Virus record (IMG/VR): IMGVR_UViG_3300035675_000001
Reading direction: 5' to 3' (one strand)
From: a virus
Lineage: Duplodnaviria > Caudoviricetes
Length of the DNA: 64,000 nucleotides
The notes under the pieces were generated by a model. The model made no database searches. It had not been told where the DNA came from and saw nothing but the letters and a program-made list of their open reading frames with translations. Shown one piece after another: positions 18,427 to 27,382 of this stretch. The position numbers and the translations under genes were made by a program. Numbering within the stretch: position 1 is the first letter of the stretch; every line of letters begins with the position of its first letter.

Positions 18427-19299
18427 ATGAAACCGCAAGGTGTCTGCATCGTTGCGATGGGTGAGCCATGCTTTGGCGTTTACGCCTACAACCTGGCTGT
18501 CACCATCAAGTTCCGCGACCCCTCCGCACAGATTGCCGTGTTTTACGAGCCGCGCACCCTGTGCGGCCTGGAGCCGCAGGAGATCAATGTCTTTGACGAG
18601 CTGATCGAGCTGGGGCCACGGCACGAATACACCTACCAGGGGCGGATCAATCCCCTGGGATTCAAGCTCCGCGCCCACCTGTTCTCGCCCTTCGAGCGCA
18701 CGATCCTCCTGGACGCCGATAGCGCCTGGTTCGGACCCCGGACGGTGACCTCTTTCTTTGAAAACGAGATGGCCGGGCTGGACTTCGCCACAGTCAGCCA
18801 CGGCGTCAGCCACGCCACGAGGCCAATGGCCCTGGGCAACGTGATCGACCACGGCCCGCTCTGGCAGGTCCAGAAGGCATTCGAGATTCCCGATGGCCGG
18901 ACGATCCATGAGTGCTACACCCAGTGGTTCTACCTGGTTCGGAATGAGCGCACCGAAGCTTTCCTCAAGCGAGCGATCAGCCTTTACGACGACTGCCAGA
19001 TGGGCCTGCGGATGCGCGGCTCGGCCTGGCGCAACTCGGTCGTAAACGATGAGCTGGTCCTGTCCGCCGCCACAGCCCTGTGCGAAATAGCTCCTGGCCG
19101 CATTCCGTTTCATCCCACCACGGACGGCTCGACCAAGGAGCTGACCCCGGAACAGCAAATTGTAAACATTGTCGGCGAGGACACCACGGAGAAGTCCATC
19201 CAGGCGCTCAAGATTTACACCTTCATCACCGACGCCATCCGCGACATCGGTTTCCGCTGGCTGCCTAAGCCGTGGCAGCCAAAGTTTTATCCCTATTAG
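18427..19299 (+). CDS. GT-A fold nucleotide-diphospho-sugar transferase
   Basis: KLRAHLFSPFERTILLDADS (DxD) motif. Confidence 0.75.
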   Translation: MKPQGVCIVAMGEPCFGVYAYNLAVTIKFRDPSAQIAVFYEPRTLCGLEPQEINVFDELIELGPRHEYTYQGRINPLGFKLRAHLFSPFERTILLDADSAWFGPRTVTSFFENEMAGLDFATVSHGVSHATRPMALGNVIDHGPLWQVQKAFEIPDGRTIHECYTQWFYLVRNERTEAFLKRAISLYDDCQMGLRMRGSAWRNSVVNDELVLSAATALCEIAPGRIPFHPTTDGSTKELTPEQQIVNIVGEDTTEKSIQALKIYTFITDAIRDIGFRWLPKPWQPKFYPY

Positions 19300-19990
19300 C
19301 AGCGCGGTCGCGCAGCTCGTGGTAGATCGGCCATAAGGCGTCCGGGCACTTGGCGTCTGTGACGTGCGATAGCTTGGGTTCGATGAAATCCTGGCGGATG
19401 GGGTAACCCAGCAGCGTTTCCAGAAAAGTCATCGCGTTTCCGTTCATCAGCTCGTCGTGCTCGACGTAGAAGAAGGTGCCATCGTCGTTGGCCAGGACAT
19501 GCTGATAAGCGTTGGCCCACATACCCTCCAGTGCGGTCCTCTCGCGTGAAATAGAGGGATGGTCCGCCCGGAGCCGCAGGGCGCTGTCCACGAAATCGGA
19601 AGGATTGCGAAACAGCACGATATTGACGTGCGGCTGAACGAAGAAGGGCTTCCAGGCCAGGTAGGTGAAGGCAAAGCGCGGGTCTTTGAAAGCATACGGC
19701 TGGAACCAGAAGTAACGCCGCATGTTCATCGGCACAGGGAACTTGGCCAGGGGCATCCGCTCACGGGCTTCCAGCGGAATCGGCGCAATCAGAATGCCGC
19801 TGTAGTCGCAGCTTTGTTTCAAAAGCTCGTTGTTCCAGTGGCAGATGTGGTGATCTTCAAAATAGCCGTGTGGCATCTGGCTGGTAGCTCCAACCGGGTG
19901 AAGCCCGGTGAACACTCCTGACTTGGCCAAGGCACCGGCCAGGGCAGACGTGCCGCACCTGCCTGAACCGAAGATAAGACAGTTCCTCAT
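19265..19990 (-). CDS. PAPS-dependent sulfotransferase
   Basis: IFGSGRCGTSALAGAL (5'-PSB), FKDPR, LFRNPSDFVDS (3'-PB), YVEHDELM. Confidence 0.85.
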   Translation of the reverse strand: MRNCLIFGSGRCGTSALAGALAKSGVFTGLHPVGATSQMPHGYFEDHHICHWNNELLKQSCDYSGILIAPIPLEARERMPLAKFPVPMNMRRYFWFQPYAFKDPRFAFTYLAWKPFFVQPHVNIVLFRNPSDFVDSALRLRADHPSISRERTALEGMWANAYQHVLANDDGTFFYVEHDELMNGNAMTFLETLLGYPIRQDFIEPKLSHVTDAKCPDALWPIYHELRDRAANRDKTLAATA

Positions 19991-20637
19991 GACTTATGCA
20001 CTTTCGTTGACCACCCATCACGCACGCAGGCCAGCATTCTCTGGCGCAGACCCTCCAAGCCAACCGGGTTCAGAGCTGCCCAGTAGTGAATCATCCAGGC
20101 GTCCGGCCAGAAGTTGGAGTCCTGGTTGCAGATCAACCACTCCGGGATGAACGAAATCTTGCTGCGGAAATCCGGGAAATAGTGCATGAGGCACTTGATG
20201 GCATTCTGCTCCCAGGTGTCGTGCGTGTCGAACGGATCAGCCGGAACGATGGACCCCAGGTGAGGGAGCATGTCGAACAACGACTTTGACCAGGCGCAGT
20301 TTTTGACCAGGAAAATGCCGAAGCAAACGCCCCACTTATCGAGGGAGACGAGCAGCGGCTTATCCCACGAAAAGGTCTTGACCACATCCTCCAGCTTGAT
20401 GTCGTCGCGCACCATGAGCGCATCGGCATCGAGCCACAGCAGCCAATCACAGTCGTCCATCTGTGAGCGGACAGCGGTGATTTTGTTCCAGGACGCAGGT
20501 TGCTTCGGATTGAACAGCGACCGGTAGCACACGAACTCGTAGCCGTGCTTGAGGGCATACGCCTGGGTTATCGGGGCGCTGATGTCACCCAGCATCGCCC
20601 GTCCCTCGTCGTAGAGCATGACGACTTTTATCTTCAT
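19987..20637 (-). CDS. GT34 (GMA12/MNN10-like) glycosyltransferase
   Basis: SWNKI..DWLLWLDADALM..CFGIFLVKN..WEQNAI; start ATG 20637 (MKIKVVM). Confidence 0.85.
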   Translation of the reverse strand: MKIKVVMLYDEGRAMLGDISAPITQAYALKHGYEFVCYRSLFNPKQPASWNKITAVRSQMDDCDWLLWLDADALMVRDDIKLEDVVKTFSWDKPLLVSLDKWGVCFGIFLVKNCAWSKSLFDMLPHLGSIVPADPFDTHDTWEQNAIKCLMHYFPDFRSKISFIPEWLICNQDSNFWPDAWMIHYWAALNPVGLEGLRQRMLACVRDGWSTKVHKS

Positions 20638-21404
20638 CAGTAGTAGAGCCACTTGGGATGGCGCGATTGAGGCTCGGTCATTTTGCGGGCGACCAGGATC
20701 AAGCACTCCTCGCGGATCACTTCCGGGAAATTGTTGGCTTTCAGGTGATCCATCGTGTGCTGGTCCGTGTCGCTGAAATCCACCGCGTAGTTGCAGCCCT
20801 TGATTTCCACCACCTGGTATCCGCTGGCTTCGGCCAGGTCTTTCAGCTCGCCGGGGGAGTATTCCCTGGCCAGGCGCGGTTCGCCTGAGATGATGTAGTT
20901 GCTGAAAAACCCAGGGTGAAATCCGTTGAGCACCTTCCAAACAGCTTTGATCGAAACCGCGTTGGGCACGGTCAGAATCAGAGTGCCGTTGGTCTTCATG
21001 ATGCGGTTGATCTCATACATCATCCACATCGGATCGCGCTGCATGTGGGGCAGGACTTCGCAGCAGAGCACCGTGTCGAACATCCCGTCGCGGTAGGGGA
21101 AGTTGTCTTTTTCCGCGTCGAAGTAATCCATCTGGCACTGGAACTCTTTGCCCTCGCGGGAAAAGATGCTGGCCGACCGCTTGCCTTTGCCCAGGTAGCA
21201 GGCATAGACATCCTGGTAGCCGCCGAGGACTTTGCAGACGGGGGCCATCTGGAGAAAGCTCCCCATGTCGAGGAGGTTTTTGCCCGGCCCTCCCTCCGGC
21301 ACCTTTTCCAGAGTTCGGAGCATACGGATGCGGTGCCCCTTGACGTAATTCTCCTGATCCTCTGTGTGGGTCCAGTCGATTATCTGAGCCAATTCAAGAT
21401 TCAT
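20637..21404 (-). CDS. Class I SAM-dependent methyltransferase
   Basis: LLDMGS, FPYRDGMFDTVLCCEVLPH, NRIMKTNGTLILTVPN. Confidence 0.85.
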   Translation of the reverse strand: MNLELAQIIDWTHTEDQENYVKGHRIRMLRTLEKVPEGGPGKNLLDMGSFLQMAPVCKVLGGYQDVYACYLGKGKRSASIFSREGKEFQCQMDYFDAEKDNFPYRDGMFDTVLCCEVLPHMQRDPMWMMYEINRIMKTNGTLILTVPNAVSIKAVWKVLNGFHPGFFSNYIISGEPRLAREYSPGELKDLAEASGYQVVEIKGCNYAVDFSDTDQHTMDHLKANNFPEVIREECLILVARKMTEPQSRHPKWLYY

Positions 21405-23689
21405 AGCTTCTGCAAATCGTTGACAATTCCATCATCAAAGAACGCCATCCGGCATCGGCAATCGTTTTCACCGAAGGTGACCAGCCAGCCGTCTGCTGCC
21501 CGAATGGCCCCGCAGGGGAAGATCACGGAGTGCTGGGAGGGCCGGTCGTGCTGAACCGATTCCTCCTCCCCGGCCAGGAGGGGGAACTTGGACATCAGCA
21601 CTGGCTTGAACGGAGGGTGAGGCTCGAAGGCGTAAACGCCGATAAAGTATTGACGGATGGGTCCGTAGGACTCCTCCCGGATGTTGATGCTCGAATGAAA
21701 GAAGGACCAGAGCAGCCCGTCGTGAAGCACCGGCGATGAACCGCCACGCAGCTCGCCCCGTTTCCAGTCGTAGTCGTAGCGGGTCTCGTGAACAAACTTG
21801 GTGGTGTGGTCCTCCAGGTTGACCTCGATGACCTTGTGAGGAGCGATGCCGTAGGAAGCGAACATCCGGCCCTCGGCCTCGAAGAAACACCAGTTCTTCT
21901 CCGGCCTGGTGTGATACCAGGGGCGCTCCAGGTAGAAGCTTTCCGCCGTGGTCATGTCGTCGTTAAGGCGGGCGATCCCGACCTCATGTGCGTCGGTATA
22001 TGTGAGCCAGAGATTTTCTTTGTAAACGAAAAATCTTGGGTCTTCCACGCAGTAGTTGCCAAACTTGGAATGGAGGTCCAGAACCTTGGTGGACTCCAGG
22101 ATCGGGTTCCACTCCCGGTCCAGCTCGCTGACCGCGACCATCGAGAGCCGGAACCAGGGGATACACTCGCACCGGTAGGCCAGGAACTTTCGCCCCTTCC
22201 AGATGGCCAAGCTGGGGTTGAACCAGGCTTCCACCCGGCCCTTCCGCCCGAAGGTCCACTGGATGACGTTGCGCTTCATCGGCGGCGGGATGGGAATGGC
22301 CTGGAGCATCCGGCTCGTCTCGAACAGGTGTGTAGAAGCCATGTCGATGCTCCGGCGCAGCCCATTGATCGTGGCCGGAACGCCGTTGTGGGTATAGAAA
22401 GACTCGAACTTCTTGGGCGTCTCAATGACGTTGATCTCCTGGGCCTGGTGAACCAGTTTGCGCTGGTGCCACTTCTCCTTGCGCCGGGGATTGGGCGGCA
22501 GATGCTTTAGCTCAGGAATGTAAACAAACCTGTCTTGCCCGTAAATCGCGTTGGGCCGCTTGAACTTGCAGTTGGCGAGCTGGGGGTAGGTTTCCTGAAT
22601 CGTGTTGACCTTCAAACCCTCGGCAATGGCGTAAGGGCAGCTCTGATTGCCGATGAACAGATGGCACCCCGCGATCAGCCTGGCCAGCTCCAGCAGGTTG
22701 GCCGTGGGAACGTGCGGGATCAGGCCGTAGTCGGCCACGAAGGAAGCATACTCCTCGCCGGTGCCGACGAACACCATGTCTCGCCGAAATTTGTTTACAA
22801 TCTGGTGCCAGGGGAAGTCTTGATTGCGCCAGCGATGACTGCGGTGAATGACCACGCTGCGCTTGAGGACGATGGGGTCCACGTCCAGCCAAGGCATCAG
22901 ATCATTGAAAAACGTCCCGGCGCTCAGACAGCACGCATCGAGGGACTGCTCCACCAGGTTCTTGCCCAGCCCGCCGAAGTTGCGAAACAGGTTCAGGTCG
23001 TAGTTCACAATCGGCATCTTCTCGACGTAAAAGACCGACTTCACGTAGGGCTGAGCCAGCATGAGCGGAGCGAGGTTCTTCACGACCTTGGGGGACATGA
23101 CCTCCCGCAAATCAGGCTTGGGGTTGAGCCTGATCTCCGGCCCCAGGTAGAAAATGCCAAAGCCCATGACTTTCATGGCGGGCATGGAGTAGATGATGTC
23201 GCCCAAGTTGCCGCTGTGGTAGAGCCTCCAGCCCTTGGGGTCGTGGTTGCCCTCCATGCGCTCGACCAGGCCCACCGCGCCGACTTCCCGTGTCTTCATC
23301 AGGGGCGAGCTGAGGGCCGGATAAGACCTGCGGAAGAATGAGGAGCTGTAGATCGGCTCGTCCATCGCGTGGCGCAGGTCCACCCGAAGAAGCGGTTGGG
23401 TCAGCCTGGCATGGATGCCGAGCACTTCCTGGTGATACCAGAGGCCCGGCGTCCAGATGACGCAGACCTGGCCGCTGGAAATACGCACCCCTGCCGCAAC
23501 CGGTGATTCGCCGTTGCTGGGCTTGACCTGGAGGCCGTCACCGATGTCCTTGTCGAGAAGGTTTACAAAAACCAATTCACGGTGCGGGTGCGTCTGGCGC
23601 TGAAAGCTTTCATGGATGGATCGCAGAGACCCTACGGTCTTCTCATCCACCACCACGATTGTCGAAACCAAGACTGACGCATCTATCAT
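21401..23689 (-). CDS. Multidomain glycan enzyme: degenerate GT2-like + GT9-like + GH130-like beta-propeller
   Basis: HSGNLGDIIYSMPAM; LLELARLIAGCHLFIGNQSCP; FNPSL, VEDPR, EKNWCFF, VIFPCGA. Confidence 0.75.
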   Translation of the reverse strand: MIDASVLVSTIVVVDEKTVGSLRSIHESFQRQTHPHRELVFVNLLDKDIGDGLQVKPSNGESPVAAGVRISSGQVCVIWTPGLWYHQEVLGIHARLTQPLLRVDLRHAMDEPIYSSSFFRRSYPALSSPLMKTREVGAVGLVERMEGNHDPKGWRLYHSGNLGDIIYSMPAMKVMGFGIFYLGPEIRLNPKPDLREVMSPKVVKNLAPLMLAQPYVKSVFYVEKMPIVNYDLNLFRNFGGLGKNLVEQSLDACCLSAGTFFNDLMPWLDVDPIVLKRSVVIHRSHRWRNQDFPWHQIVNKFRRDMVFVGTGEEYASFVADYGLIPHVPTANLLELARLIAGCHLFIGNQSCPYAIAEGLKVNTIQETYPQLANCKFKRPNAIYGQDRFVYIPELKHLPPNPRRKEKWHQRKLVHQAQEINVIETPKKFESFYTHNGVPATINGLRRSIDMASTHLFETSRMLQAIPIPPPMKRNVIQWTFGRKGRVEAWFNPSLAIWKGRKFLAYRCECIPWFRLSMVAVSELDREWNPILESTKVLDLHSKFGNYCVEDPRFFVYKENLWLTYTDAHEVGIARLNDDMTTAESFYLERPWYHTRPEKNWCFFEAEGRMFASYGIAPHKVIEVNLEDHTTKFVHETRYDYDWKRGELRGGSSPVLHDGLLWSFFHSSINIREESYGPIRQYFIGVYAFEPHPPFKPVLMSKFPLLAGEEESVQHDRPSQHSVIFPCGAIRAADGWLVTFGENDCRCRMAFFDDGIVNDLQKL

Positions 23690-25416
23690 ACGCGGACAAC
23701 CTGTAACCCGGCCACATAGCCGACGATTTCAATTCTGATTACGGAGCCTGGAACCACGTCCAGTCCGGTAAAAAGAACGAAGTTGTCGTTCTGTGTCCAC
23801 GAGGTTACCCCGGTCGGGGCGGTCGTCGCGTGAAGGATGGTTCCGCCGTCCACTTGGACGTAGTAGTCCGAACCAGCCGTTCCGAACTTCTGATCGCTGT
23901 AGAGGTAAAGCTGGTAGGTGCCGGGCGGCAGGCCGTGAAGCCGGAAAATGCTGTCGTAAGGAACCCCGCCCATGTCGTAGCCGCCGATCCAGGTCTGGAG
24001 CATCCCGTTCCAGGTCGGGGTCACGCCGCTGTTGTTGACCAGGGGCGCAATGCGCTCCAACCAGATCGGGGTGTCGGTTTGGACCGCATCCTTGAGGTAG
24101 ATGTAGGGCGTGGCGGAATAGGTGAAGCAGACTTCCGGCGCAAAGCTGTAATCGTAACCGCAGAAGCAGTTTCGGTAATCCTTGGTGAACGCCACGGGCA
24201 CGTAGTTGTTCCAATAGTCGCCCGTGGTGCCGACCACGGCAGGCCCCCAGTAGCGAGCGGTGGTGATGCCGTTTTCCAGGTCGAAATCGTCCGTGAGCAG
24301 TGTCGTGGCCGTGGTCAGGTTTTCGAGCGAGATGGAATCCAGGAGCGAGCCGTAAGCCTGGCCAGGGTCCGTTTCCAGCGCGATCTTTCGGAACGAGATT
24401 TTGCCGGTAGAGCCGTCCCCGACGAAATCGACGTAGTAGTCCTGGAACGGCTGCATGTAGTCGGTGATGTCGATGGTCGAATCCACCAGCGCCCCCGCTT
24501 TGTAGTTCAGGATTTCGTGGGCGCGGGCCAGGCGTTGGTTGCCCGCCGCCCGCCAGCTCAGGCGGAACGTCTGGCCGAGAGTGAAAGTGAAAGTGGTCTT
24601 GCTCTCCAAGCGCCCATACCAGCTCATGCTGCCGCCCGCGTTGCCGCTGCCGGACATGTCAATGTAGAGGCCGTTGCCGGGCAGGAAATCGTAGAAGCCC
24701 CGGCCAATCAGATCAACCGAGCCATTGTCCACGACATCCCAGTTGGTGAAATTCGAGTAGCCCAGTGCGCCACGCCCCTCGGTCACAGTGCCGTCGCTGC
24801 CATTGAAGTCGATGTTGACCAGCACCGGCTTCTGATAGCCCAAAATGTTTACAAAATAGTGAATGCCTCCCACAATCACCTGGCGGATGATCGTGGTGAA
24901 GGACCGAGGCAGCCTGTCGGCAGCCTCTTTGATGTAGCCGGTGCGCCCAACCGCGTGCGTGCCGTCCTGGAGCTGGAAATGGCGGCTGACCGAAGCAGGG
25001 TCGTATGCCTTGCCATACCACTTGATCTGGAAGAACAGCTCATCGGTGAGCAGGTAGCCGATGATGTCGCCGCGTTCGACCGGCTGGGCCGTCTGGACCG
25101 CGCAGGTGAGCAGGCCGTGGACCGTCGTCCACACGTCATTGCCGTGGTCAATGGTGATTTCGTAGGTGGGCTGAAAGCCGAGCTGGCTCCCGGACGTGTA
25201 TTTCCAGGTCGGAAAGATGAGCTTGATCGAGATGACTTTGCCCGCGCCCGGAGCGACGCAAGGCTCGCCCGTTTCAAACCGGTAAACGCAGCCCAGGTTG
25301 ACCTCGCCCTCAACGGAGAAGTCTTCCAGCAGGAACAACTTCTTCCGGCTGGGAGGCCGAAGCTTCTGGAGCGTCCATCGCGCTGGCAACTTCAATGGTG
25401 ACAGGTCTGGAATCAT
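23686..25416 (-). CDS. Virion protein with degenerate M23 peptidase-like N-terminus and beta-sandwich domains
   Basis: PCVAPGAGKV..ITIDHG..V.RGDIIGY..ELFFQI..YDP; Zn ligands missing. Confidence 0.65.
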   Translation of the reverse strand: MIPDLSPLKLPARWTLQKLRPPSRKKLFLLEDFSVEGEVNLGCVYRFETGEPCVAPGAGKVISIKLIFPTWKYTSGSQLGFQPTYEITIDHGNDVWTTVHGLLTCAVQTAQPVERGDIIGYLLTDELFFQIKWYGKAYDPASVSRHFQLQDGTHAVGRTGYIKEAADRLPRSFTTIIRQVIVGGIHYFVNILGYQKPVLVNIDFNGSDGTVTEGRGALGYSNFTNWDVVDNGSVDLIGRGFYDFLPGNGLYIDMSGSGNAGGSMSWYGRLESKTTFTFTLGQTFRLSWRAAGNQRLARAHEILNYKAGALVDSTIDITDYMQPFQDYYVDFVGDGSTGKISFRKIALETDPGQAYGSLLDSISLENLTTATTLLTDDFDLENGITTARYWGPAVVGTTGDYWNNYVPVAFTKDYRNCFCGYDYSFAPEVCFTYSATPYIYLKDAVQTDTPIWLERIAPLVNNSGVTPTWNGMLQTWIGGYDMGGVPYDSIFRLHGLPPGTYQLYLYSDQKFGTAGSDYYVQVDGGTILHATTAPTGVTSWTQNDNFVLFTGLDVVPGSVIRIEIVGYVAGLQVVRV

Positions 25417-25425
25417 GTTATCCCT

Positions 25426-26232
25426 CTAAGTAGCTTTCTGTGGTATCTGCTGGATGTCGTCAGCGTAAAACGTGGCAGCCAGCGTCACGACCTTGGCCGT
25501 GTCGTAGGACATTTCGCTGAGCTTGAACGATCCCAGCCAGCACCGGGTCAGCCGGAATTGAGAGGAGAATTGAAGGTCGTTGATGATCGAGTTTGCTCCG
25601 ATAGCCGCAGAAGCCGCCAAGCCCACTGTTTGAATTGTTGAGTAGCCAAAAAGACCGGCCAGGGCGTTTCCCTGCTGGATCAACGCTTGCGCCGGGCCAG
25701 TGTCGAGCACCTGGGGGTCCACCCCGCGCAGGAGCAGCAGTCTCACATCGAAAGCGTAGTCGATCCGGTAGTCGGCGTTGAGCCGGATCGCATACTCGCT
25801 GGACATGGCCCCGCGCCCGGCGCGGACGACTGCTCTCCAGCCGTCAAGCATCTGGTAAACGTCTGATTTGTAGGGGGTAGTGTTGGCTGTCCCGGCGCTA
25901 CCGGCAGTGTAGCAATCCAGGATGAAGGTCATGGAGATCGGTTCCAGGGCTTCGTCCCAGGAGGGGGTGGGGTAGGGCCTGGAATCGCGCCGAATCGGCT
26001 CAGCCCTGGTCTTGAGTTCAGGCAGCGTCACGTTCTGAACAAAGTAGGAAGCCAATTTGGGCGGCAGATAATACGGGGCCAGCCCAGGGGTCATGTCCTC
26101 AGAGCGCGTGAGCATCTGGTTCAAGCCCTGGAGGGCGTCCTTGAAATCAACGATCCACAGGTCAGAGCGTTGAATCTCAACGCCCTTTAGCGTGCCCCAC
26201 GGATTCGTCTGATTGTCGATTACGCTTCTCAC
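25426..26232 (-). CDS. Tail tube-like / baseplate tube initiator (gp19/gp54 family)
   Basis: VQNVTLPEL..ISMTFILD..FKLSEMSYD..LAATFYAD; GTG 26232. Confidence 0.65.
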   Translation of the reverse strand: MRSVIDNQTNPWGTLKGVEIQRSDLWIVDFKDALQGLNQMLTRSEDMTPGLAPYYLPPKLASYFVQNVTLPELKTRAEPIRRDSRPYPTPSWDEALEPISMTFILDCYTAGSAGTANTTPYKSDVYQMLDGWRAVVRAGRGAMSSEYAIRLNADYRIDYAFDVRLLLLRGVDPQVLDTGPAQALIQQGNALAGLFGYSTIQTVGLAASAAIGANSIINDLQFSSQFRLTRCWLGSFKLSEMSYDTAKVVTLAATFYADDIQQIPQKAT

Positions 26233-26236
26233 GCTG

Positions 26237-26242
26237 TAACTA
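26237..26242. promoter_or_regulatory. Shared TAGTTA/TAACTA element between divergent virion genes
   Basis: 4 nt from GTG 26232 (-) and 9 nt from ATG 26252 (+). Confidence 0.55.
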
Positions 26243-26251
26243 CTCTTGGAT

Positions 26252-27346
26252 ATGAGCTTGCTCGGAACATACGCCGGTCTGGTTGAGGACAACAAAGACC
26301 CGGAAAAGCTTGGCCGGTTAAAGGTCAGGGTTCCACATGTTTACGGGGCAGTTGGCGGCGTTTTTGGTGCGATCAGCACCGAAAACCTGCCCTGGTCGAT
26401 GCCTTCCGGCCTGCCCAACGGCCTTTCGCAGAACAGCGGCGGCTTCGACTGGCTGCCCGAAGTCGGGGACCAGGTGCTCGTCCGGTTTTTGGACGGAGAG
26501 CCGGAGAAGCCCGTTTACGAGTGGTTCATGCAGACGCAGAAGGCGGCTGAGACCTTCAAGCTCCACCAATACAAGGACGCCACAGGCGCGATCCCCGGCA
26601 GCGGGGGAGGCAAGCCCAAACGGGGCGCTATGGTCCGCTACGGCCACACGGTGGAGTGGAACGCAGACGGGCTGATATTGACGACCAGCAAAGGCTATCG
26701 GCTGCTCCTGACCGATGCCAGCAGGGCCGGGAACGACGGCGACATCCAGCTCGCCTCGGCGATGGGCCAATACCTGGAGTTCGACGACCTGCTAAACCAG
26801 TGCAACTTGAACGTCAACCTGGACTGGCAGATCAACGTCGGGAACCAGATTTACTCCCTGTCCGACTCGGTGAGCATCAACACGATGAGCAACGAGATCG
26901 AGATGGTCTCCGGCAGCTACATGTCCATCGACACCCTGGACAACCTGGAGGCGATTGTCGGCGGCGATTGGCGGATGGATGTGACCGGTGACACCTACTG
27001 GACGATGGTTGGGGACGTGACCATCGACGTGACCGGCAGTTGGATCATGACGGTCGTCACTGACCTGGACCTGAGCGTCCTGGGCAACGCCTTCGCAACC
27101 ATCACCGGCAATCTCGAACTGACCAGCATTGGGACCACGACCCTTGACTTTTCCAGCCTGTTCCTCGGCACCGGTTCAACAGAGTCTTTTGTTCTTGGAA
27201 ATCAATTACTTACCTACCTGACACAACTGGTCAGCCTGCTCCAAGCGCACCAGCACCCCGAACCAGACGGCACCACGTCTCCGACCGCGACGGTATTCCC
27301 AACGCCTACTGCTGCCCTGCTGAGCCAGGTCATCAAGGGTCGTTGA
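26252..27346 (+). CDS. gp5: Baseplate central spike, gp5/VgrG-like OB fold + beta-helix (no lysozyme domain)
   Basis: GLVEDNKDPEKLGRLKVRVP..PEVGDQVLVRFLDGEPEKP; C-terminal HQH. Confidence 0.85.
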   Translation: MSLLGTYAGLVEDNKDPEKLGRLKVRVPHVYGAVGGVFGAISTENLPWSMPSGLPNGLSQNSGGFDWLPEVGDQVLVRFLDGEPEKPVYEWFMQTQKAAETFKLHQYKDATGAIPGSGGGKPKRGAMVRYGHTVEWNADGLILTTSKGYRLLLTDASRAGNDGDIQLASAMGQYLEFDDLLNQCNLNVNLDWQINVGNQIYSLSDSVSINTMSNEIEMVSGSYMSIDTLDNLEAIVGGDWRMDVTGDTYWTMVGDVTIDVTGSWIMTVVTDLDLSVLGNAFATITGNLELTSIGTTTLDFSSLFLGTGSTESFVLGNQLLTYLTQLVSLLQAHQHPEPDGTTSPTATVFPTPTAALLSQVIKGR

Positions 27347-27366
27347 AAAAGTTTACAAAACTTTCC

Positions 27367-27372
27367 CGTTCT
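27367..27372 (+). promoter_or_regulatory. CGTTCT motif
   Basis: 10 nt before ATG 27383; GTTTAC 10 nt upstream within AAAGTTT-aca-AAACTTT inverted repeat. Confidence 0.5.
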
Positions 27373-27382
27373 ACTGGGGTGT

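Noticed and set aside
17156-18469. ORF-track N-terminal extensions (primase, GT34 to 20940, tube-like to 26295, neck to 38214, sbcC from 42242, protease to 55305)
   Set aside because: They overlap divergent or upstream genes; downstream starts coincide with domain boundaries and upstream motifs
18427-23689. Glycan cluster as a DNA hypermodification system
   Set aside because: No hydroxymethylase, TET/JBP or nucleotide kinase in the window, and restriction-site avoidance argues for unprotected DNA; not excluded without the rest of the genome
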